A DNA stretch of 64,000 bases from an uncultured Gemmatimonadales bacterium (GTDB lineage Bacteria > Gemmatimonadota > Gemmatimonadetes > Longimicrobiales > RSA9), in contig CAWAMW010000002.1 of assembly GCA_963783305.1 (NCBI GenBank), positions 768,001 through 832,000 of the forward strand. The letters are read 5' to 3'. Positions 59,268 through 64,000 of this stretch are shown one piece after another. The notes beneath the pieces are model-generated. The model was given only the letters and a program-made list of their open reading frames with translations, had not been told where the DNA came from and did no database searches. The translations under genes were made by a program, and so were the position numbers. How positions within the stretch are numbered: the stretch's first letter is position 1; each line of letters starts with the position of its first letter.

Positions 59268-60653
59268 TCAGAACTCGTCCAGCAGCCAGAACCGCTCGCG
59301 GGTGGCGAAGGCCGCATCGAGCAGTCGTCCATCCCCGGCGATGGAGGCCGACCCGAGGCGTACGGCCTCGGTGGGTGGTATTTCCCCCACGAAGATCCGG
59401 GCAAACGTGGGCGCGTCGGTGCTCAGCGACGCCTCGGGGCGTGCCGGATCCCCGGTCGTCCCTCCATCCCCGGCCTCCACGATCGCCCCCGTGCCCTGCC
59501 CCCGGAGCCGCACGGTCCACGGCCCCGTGTTGGTCGGGAGCTGAGCGTCGGCGACCGTGATGCGGAGAACGCCGTCGCGCGGGTCCGGCCGCCCCGCCGC
59601 CGCGCCCATGGGGGCGGGCGGGTCGGCGTTGAACCACGGCCGGAGTCGAAGGGCCGCCGCCACGTCGAGCAGCCGGAACATCGGCCCCTGCACGATCCGG
59701 GCGGTGGGGAAGTAGAGCGAGCGCACCTTGCCGTGGCCGGGGGGCCGTGGATCCGAGAGGCGGTCGGCGAAGCGCTCGTGGGGGCGGGCGAAGTGCCGGG
59801 CCACCGGCCAGCCTTCGTGTTGCGCCGCGACATATCCGAGCAATCCTCTGTACGCATGCTCCGTCTCCGCCACCAGCTCCCGCACCACGAGCGCGCGTCG
59901 GGCACTTGCGCGGTCGCTGGAATGGCGGAGCAGCGCGTAGCCGGTGATCCCATTTTCGTCGAAGACGACAGCGCGCAGCTTCGGGTTGCCAGCGAATGGC
60001 GCGCTGCGCTCCTGGGACAGCAGGCGCACGCCCAGCTCTTCGGCCGCCAGCCGGTAGGCCCAGATCCGCGCGTCCCGGCTGATGGGTCCGTTGGAACGCT
60101 CCGCTACGCGCGCGTAGCAGGCGGCGATGGCGTCGGTATCGCTCGGCCCGGCCGGTCTCACGTGACGGGATTCTTCGGAATAGCGCGGCAGCGCACGTGT
60201 GTGGAACCGGTGGTCGTGCAGCGCGCCGACCTGGCCCCAACCGAGCCGCCGGTAGTACTCGGGGCGAAACGGGTAGAGGGCGCTGGCGAGATCGCCGCGC
60301 GCGGCGGCGGCGTGGATCGCCTCGTGACACAGGCGCTCGCCGAGCCCCCTGCGTCGGTGCTCGGAGGCGATGGCAACGGCGGCCAACCCCATGAGGGGGA
60401 AGGCCTCTCCGGCCACGTGCCCTTCCAGGCGATAGAGTTTGGCGGCGCCGACGAGGGCGCCCCCACCGCCTCGCAGGACCAGCACTGTCTCCAGGCCACC
60501 GTACCGGCCGCCGCTCTGCAGCATGGCCATGCGCTCCTCGACCGTACGGCTCCCGGGGAAGGCGTCGCACCAGAGCTGGGCCACGTCACGGGTGTCGGAA
60601 GCACGCGCCTGCCGGACCTCGTAGTCGGCGTCCCTGCTCTCGTTGTGCGTCAT
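59268..60653 (-). CDS. Eis-like GNAT acetyltransferase with C-terminal SCP2-like domain
   Basis: GLAAVA...HRRRGLG, SALYPF...YYRRLGW, MFRLLDV..AL, C-terminal LDEF. Confidence 0.85.
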   Translation of the reverse strand: MTHNESRDADYEVRQARASDTRDVAQLWCDAFPGSRTVEERMAMLQSGGRYGGLETVLVLRGGGGALVGAAKLYRLEGHVAGEAFPLMGLAAVAIASEHRRRGLGERLCHEAIHAAAARGDLASALYPFRPEYYRRLGWGQVGALHDHRFHTRALPRYSEESRHVRPAGPSDTDAIAACYARVAERSNGPISRDARIWAYRLAAEELGVRLLSQERSAPFAGNPKLRAVVFDENGITGYALLRHSSDRASARRALVVRELVAETEHAYRGLLGYVAAQHEGWPVARHFARPHERFADRLSDPRPPGHGKVRSLYFPTARIVQGPMFRLLDVAAALRLRPWFNADPPAPMGAAAGRPDPRDGVLRITVADAQLPTNTGPWTVRLRGQGTGAIVEAGDGGTTGDPARPEASLSTDAPTFARIFVGEIPPTEAVRLGSASIAGDGRLLDAAFATRERFWLLDEF

Positions 60654-60836
60654 TGGCTCGCTCCGTGGCGGTGGGTCCGGGGGACCGCCCCAACGGTACG
60701 CAATGGAGCCGCCCGTAGCGAGCGCGGATGCCGCCGCTGGTGCCGGGCTCCAGCTCCGGCCGTGGCTCGATGATTGCCCCGGTGCCAGGTCGCAGCACCA
60801 GGTCGCAGTCCGGAGTGGCGTACACGTGGAGGCACG

Positions 60837-62246
60837 ATGGCGGAGGGACCACAGGAGTCGGAGGGGAGATCGGCGGCGGGGGGCGAAGCCATGGACATGA
60901 GCGGCGAAGCTTCCGGAGAAGGCGAGGGTCGCGTTCCGGCCGCACGGTCCGGCGCGGGTCGGATCGGCCGGCGAGTGGCGGTCATCGAGGGCTGTCGTAC
61001 GCCGTTCGCGCGCTCGAACACGGTGTTCCAGGAGATGACGGCGATCGACCTGGGGACGCTGGCCGTGCGGGAGCTGCTGAACCGGTCGGAGATCGAGGGT
61101 GATGCGATCGACGAGGTGGTCTACGGCACCGTTGTGCACTCGGTGCAGGCGCCGAACATCGCGCGTGAGGTGTCGCTGAAAGCGGGGATCTCGCCGAAGG
61201 TGCCATCCTTCACGGTGAGCCGTGCCTGCGCCAGCTCCAACCAGTCGATCACGAGCGGCGCCGAGAAGATCGCCCTGGGACAGGGCGATGTGGTGGTGGC
61301 GGGCGGCGCCGAGTCGCTTACCGACATTCCGATCATGGTATCCAAGCCGCTGCGCGATCGGCTGGTGGCGGCCTCGAAGGCGAAGACGCTGGGTGCTCGG
61401 GTGAAGGCCTTCGCCGGATTCCGCCCGAGCGAGCTGGCGCCCATGACCCCGGCGATCGCGGAGCCATCCACGGGCGAGACCATGGGGGAAAGCGCCGAGC
61501 GGATGGCCAAGGAGAACGGGATCAGCCGCGAAGAGCAGGACCGCTGGGCGCTGCGGAGCCACCAGTTGGCGGCGGCAGGGACCGCGGATGGCCGACTGAC
61601 GGCCGAGATCGTGCCCGTGTACCTCCCGCCGGATTACGAGGAGGTGGTGGAATCCGACAACGGGATCCGCACGGACACGAGCATGGAAAAGCTCGGGTCG
61701 CTCCGGCCGGCGTTCGACCGAAAGTACGGCTCGGTGACGGCGGGGAACGCCTCACCGCTGACGGATGGCGCGTCGGCGGTCCTGCTCATGAGCGAGGAGC
61801 GCGCGCGGGCCGAGGGGCGGGATCCGCTCGGCTACATCCGGAGCTGGGCGTACGCGGCGCTGGCTCCCAGCGACCAGCTGCTCCAGGGCCCCGCTTTCGC
61901 GATACCCGCCGCGCTCGACCGCGCGGGTCTCTCGATGAGTGACATCGACCTCTGGGAGATGCACGAGGCGTTCGCCTCTCAGGTGCTCAGCAACTTGCAG
62001 TGGCTCGACTCGGACACGTTCGCGCAGGAAAAACTCGGTCGGCCGAAGAAGGTGGGAATCCTGCCGGAGGACCGGATCAACGTGATGGGCGGGAGCATCG
62101 CCATCGGCCATCCGTTCGGTGCGACGGGAGGGCGCCTGACCGTGACTCTGCTGAACGAGATGAGGCGTCGGGACTCGCAGTTCGGGCTCATCAGCGTATG
62201 CGCCGCCGGAGCGCTGGGATTCGCCATGGTCGTGGAGCGGGTCTAG
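60837..62246 (+). CDS. fadI: Acetyl-CoA C-acyltransferase (FadI-like thiolase)
   Basis: RTPF, APNIAREV, SRACASS, HEAFASQ, GHPFGATG, CAAG; start uncertain. Confidence 0.88.
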   Translation: MAEGPQESEGRSAAGGEAMDMSGEASGEGEGRVPAARSGAGRIGRRVAVIEGCRTPFARSNTVFQEMTAIDLGTLAVRELLNRSEIEGDAIDEVVYGTVVHSVQAPNIAREVSLKAGISPKVPSFTVSRACASSNQSITSGAEKIALGQGDVVVAGGAESLTDIPIMVSKPLRDRLVAASKAKTLGARVKAFAGFRPSELAPMTPAIAEPSTGETMGESAERMAKENGISREEQDRWALRSHQLAAAGTADGRLTAEIVPVYLPPDYEEVVESDNGIRTDTSMEKLGSLRPAFDRKYGSVTAGNASPLTDGASAVLLMSEERARAEGRDPLGYIRSWAYAALAPSDQLLQGPAFAIPAALDRAGLSMSDIDLWEMHEAFASQVLSNLQWLDSDTFAQEKLGRPKKVGILPEDRINVMGGSIAIGHPFGATGGRLTVTLLNEMRRRDSQFGLISVCAAGALGFAMVVERV

Positions 62247-62305
62247 CCCGCCGCGTCAGGAGCCGGGCTGTCCCTCCTCGAGGGCGTGCGCCGCGCGGGC
62301 TGAAC

Positions 62306-63235
62306 TCACCCCCGCGGAAGGAGCGACACTCGCCGGAGTGTGCGCCAGGCGATGAGGGCGCGTCGTTCGGGCGCCTCACCGCCCCAGGAGCCGTCGTCGC
62401 TCTGGGTGGACTGCAGCAGATCGGCGCCGTGCACGAGCGCCCGCCGCGCCTGCTCAGGCGCCACTCCCAATGCGTCGGCAGCCCGGAACAGCTCCAGCGC
62501 CTGAATGGGGTCGATCTCGACCCAGCTGCCGTCCCCGCGCTGCTTCCCGCTCACCAGGAGCACACCTCTCCGGGCCTCCTCGCGGTCTTCCTCGACGGGT
62601 GAACGCATCAGAACGCGCACGGCGGCGAGGAAGCAGGCGAGGGTGAGGTCGTGGGGTGGGGATTCGGGCCAGAGCGATGCCACCCGGCGGACGCCCTCCA
62701 GGTGGAGCCGTATGTCGGCCGTATCGCGCTGCCACGAGAGGTGGCACTCGAGCGCCGCCAGTGAGGCGATGAAGCGAGCGGGCGAGTCACCGATGACGCG
62801 GGCCCCGCTACGGAGGGGCGCGCTCTCCAGCGACGCCTCGGGCGGTGCGGGCGAGAAGAACCCACCGAGGAAATGGTGGCACGTGCCCCGGCGGTGTCGC
62901 GTTGGGGTGCAGCCATCGGTCCATGCCCCGGGTACGCCGCGGCGGGCGCGGAGCCAGTCGAGGGCGCGGCCGATCCCGGGATCCTGCTCACGGAGCGCGG
63001 CGGCGGTGCGTATCTCCATGATGTCCAGGAGGGCATGCGCCGTGGCCGTGAGGTCGCCCCCCCAGGCGCCGGCCGCGTCCTGATCGGCGAGGACCCGGCC
63101 CACCCACCGCCGTGCGTCCTTCGGGTCCGTGGCGACCCCGGCTTCGTAACCGGCAATGATGGCTTCAGGGGAGTCGCGAGACACGAGCCACGCGAGCGCG
63201 GCGTCCATGGTGCGGTCGATGTCGACGCGGGTCAT
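62306..63235 (-). CDS. Hypothetical protein with prenyltransferase/squalene-cyclase-like QW repeats
   Basis: QDAAGAW, QRGDGSW, QSDDGSW and ALAWL/ALDWL helices. Confidence 0.65.
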   Translation of the reverse strand: MTRVDIDRTMDAALAWLVSRDSPEAIIAGYEAGVATDPKDARRWVGRVLADQDAAGAWGGDLTATAHALLDIMEIRTAAALREQDPGIGRALDWLRARRGVPGAWTDGCTPTRHRRGTCHHFLGGFFSPAPPEASLESAPLRSGARVIGDSPARFIASLAALECHLSWQRDTADIRLHLEGVRRVASLWPESPPHDLTLACFLAAVRVLMRSPVEEDREEARRGVLLVSGKQRGDGSWVEIDPIQALELFRAADALGVAPEQARRALVHGADLLQSTQSDDGSWGGEAPERRALIAWRTLRRVSLLPRG

Positions 63236-64000
63236 GTGAGGAAGTGGCGGGCCATGAGGAGCAGCGTGTGGTGCGCGGCCTCGATCTCCTCCACCGACAC
63301 GGACTCGTCCGCCGTATGTGCATCCTCGATGCTCCCGGGCCCGAAACAGAGCGCGGGGATCCCGGCGGCGTTGTACATCGAGGCCTCGACCCAGGCAGAC
63401 ATCCCGCGGATCCGTGGCTCGACGCCCGCTTCTTCCACGGCCTCGGACAGGGCGACCACCAGGGGATGGTCGGACGGGATCTCGCTGCCGCTCCGGTGCA
63501 GGGTCACCTCCAGACCGGCATCCAGGGAGGGCACGTCGGAGCGGAGCTGTGCGATCAGAAACTCCACGTCCGACAGGAGCCCGGCCACGGCTTCGCCCGG
63601 CAGCGTGCGGCGCTCGAGGGTGAGACGGCAGCGGGACGGGTACACCGAGGGCGCGGTGCCCCCGTGGATGGTGCCGGCGTGGATGGACCCGAACCCCAGG
63701 AGCGGGTGACGTTTCCTCTGCTGGAGCCGTGCCTCGAGCTCGTCGAGGCGGGCCAGGAACAGGCCTGCATGCCGAATGGCATCAACTCCCCGATCGGGGC
63801 GGGAGCCGTGGGCGGCCTGGCCGTGAAAGTCGATCTGGATCCACGCAAACCCCTTGTGGGCCGGCATGATGGCCAGGCTGGTGGGCTCGCACACGATGGC
63901 GGCATCGGCAGAGAGCCCCTCCGCGACTAGGCGGCGGCAGCCACCGGCAGCCTCCTCCTCGTCCGCGGTCAGCGCGACCATGATCGTGCCGCGGAACTCC
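63232..64000 (-). CDS. M20 family ArgE/DapE-like deacylase (5' end outside window)
   Basis: ADEE, AIVCEPT, AHKG, AAHGS.P..GVDAI, FGPG....AHTADE. Confidence 0.9.
   Translation of the reverse strand, partial: EFRGTIMVALTADEEEAAGGCRRLVAEGLSADAAIVCEPTSLAIMPAHKGFAWIQIDFHGQAAHGSRPDRGVDAIRHAGLFLARLDELEARLQQRKRHPLLGFGSIHAGTIHGGTAPSVYPSRCRLTLERRTLPGEAVAGLLSDVEFLIAQLRSDVPSLDAGLEVTLHRSGSEIPSDHPLVVALSEAVEEAGVEPRIRGMSAWVEASMYNAAGIPALCFGPGSIEDAHTADESVSVEEIEAAHHTLLLMARHFLT

Overview
High-GC (roughly 70% by eye) bacterial chromosomal segment with about 55 genes. The gene content (CarboxypepD_reg/plug-like proteins, VPS10/BNR hydrolase, M14 peptidase, SARP-STAND regulator, FadI) suggests Gemmatimonadota; this is inference only. 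Recognisable modules are: an Rrf2-nirK-nirV-like-SCO copper nitrite reductase cluster preceded by a 9-copy 23-bp tandem repeat; peptidoglycan recycling genes (NagZ-like GH3, AmgK-RapZ-C fusion, MurU-like); ackA; an acuB-acuC-GNAT cluster followed by a histone-H1-like gene; ispH; a sufCBD-Rieske-sufSU operon with a Fur-like box; and three c-di-GMP-related proteins. The best candidate for an undescribed system is a lower-GC cassette at about 12.3-17.1 kb. It holds an unannotated 22-aa hydrophobic peptide gene with a near-perfect Shine-Dalgarno sequence, a multi-TM HD-GYP protein and a SARP/BTAD-ATPase-TPR regulator, flanked by a hypothetical gene and an AraC-type gene, and may be a peptide-sensing, c-di-GMP-coupled signalling module. 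The second candidate is a deacetylase + acetyltransferase + Lys-rich H1-like gene cluster. Also seen are a decayed Mut7-C RNase remnant and a frameshifted aromatic amino-acid decarboxylase. No rRNA, tRNA, CRISPR array, integrase or transposase was recognised. All family calls come from motif recognition by eye, not database searches.
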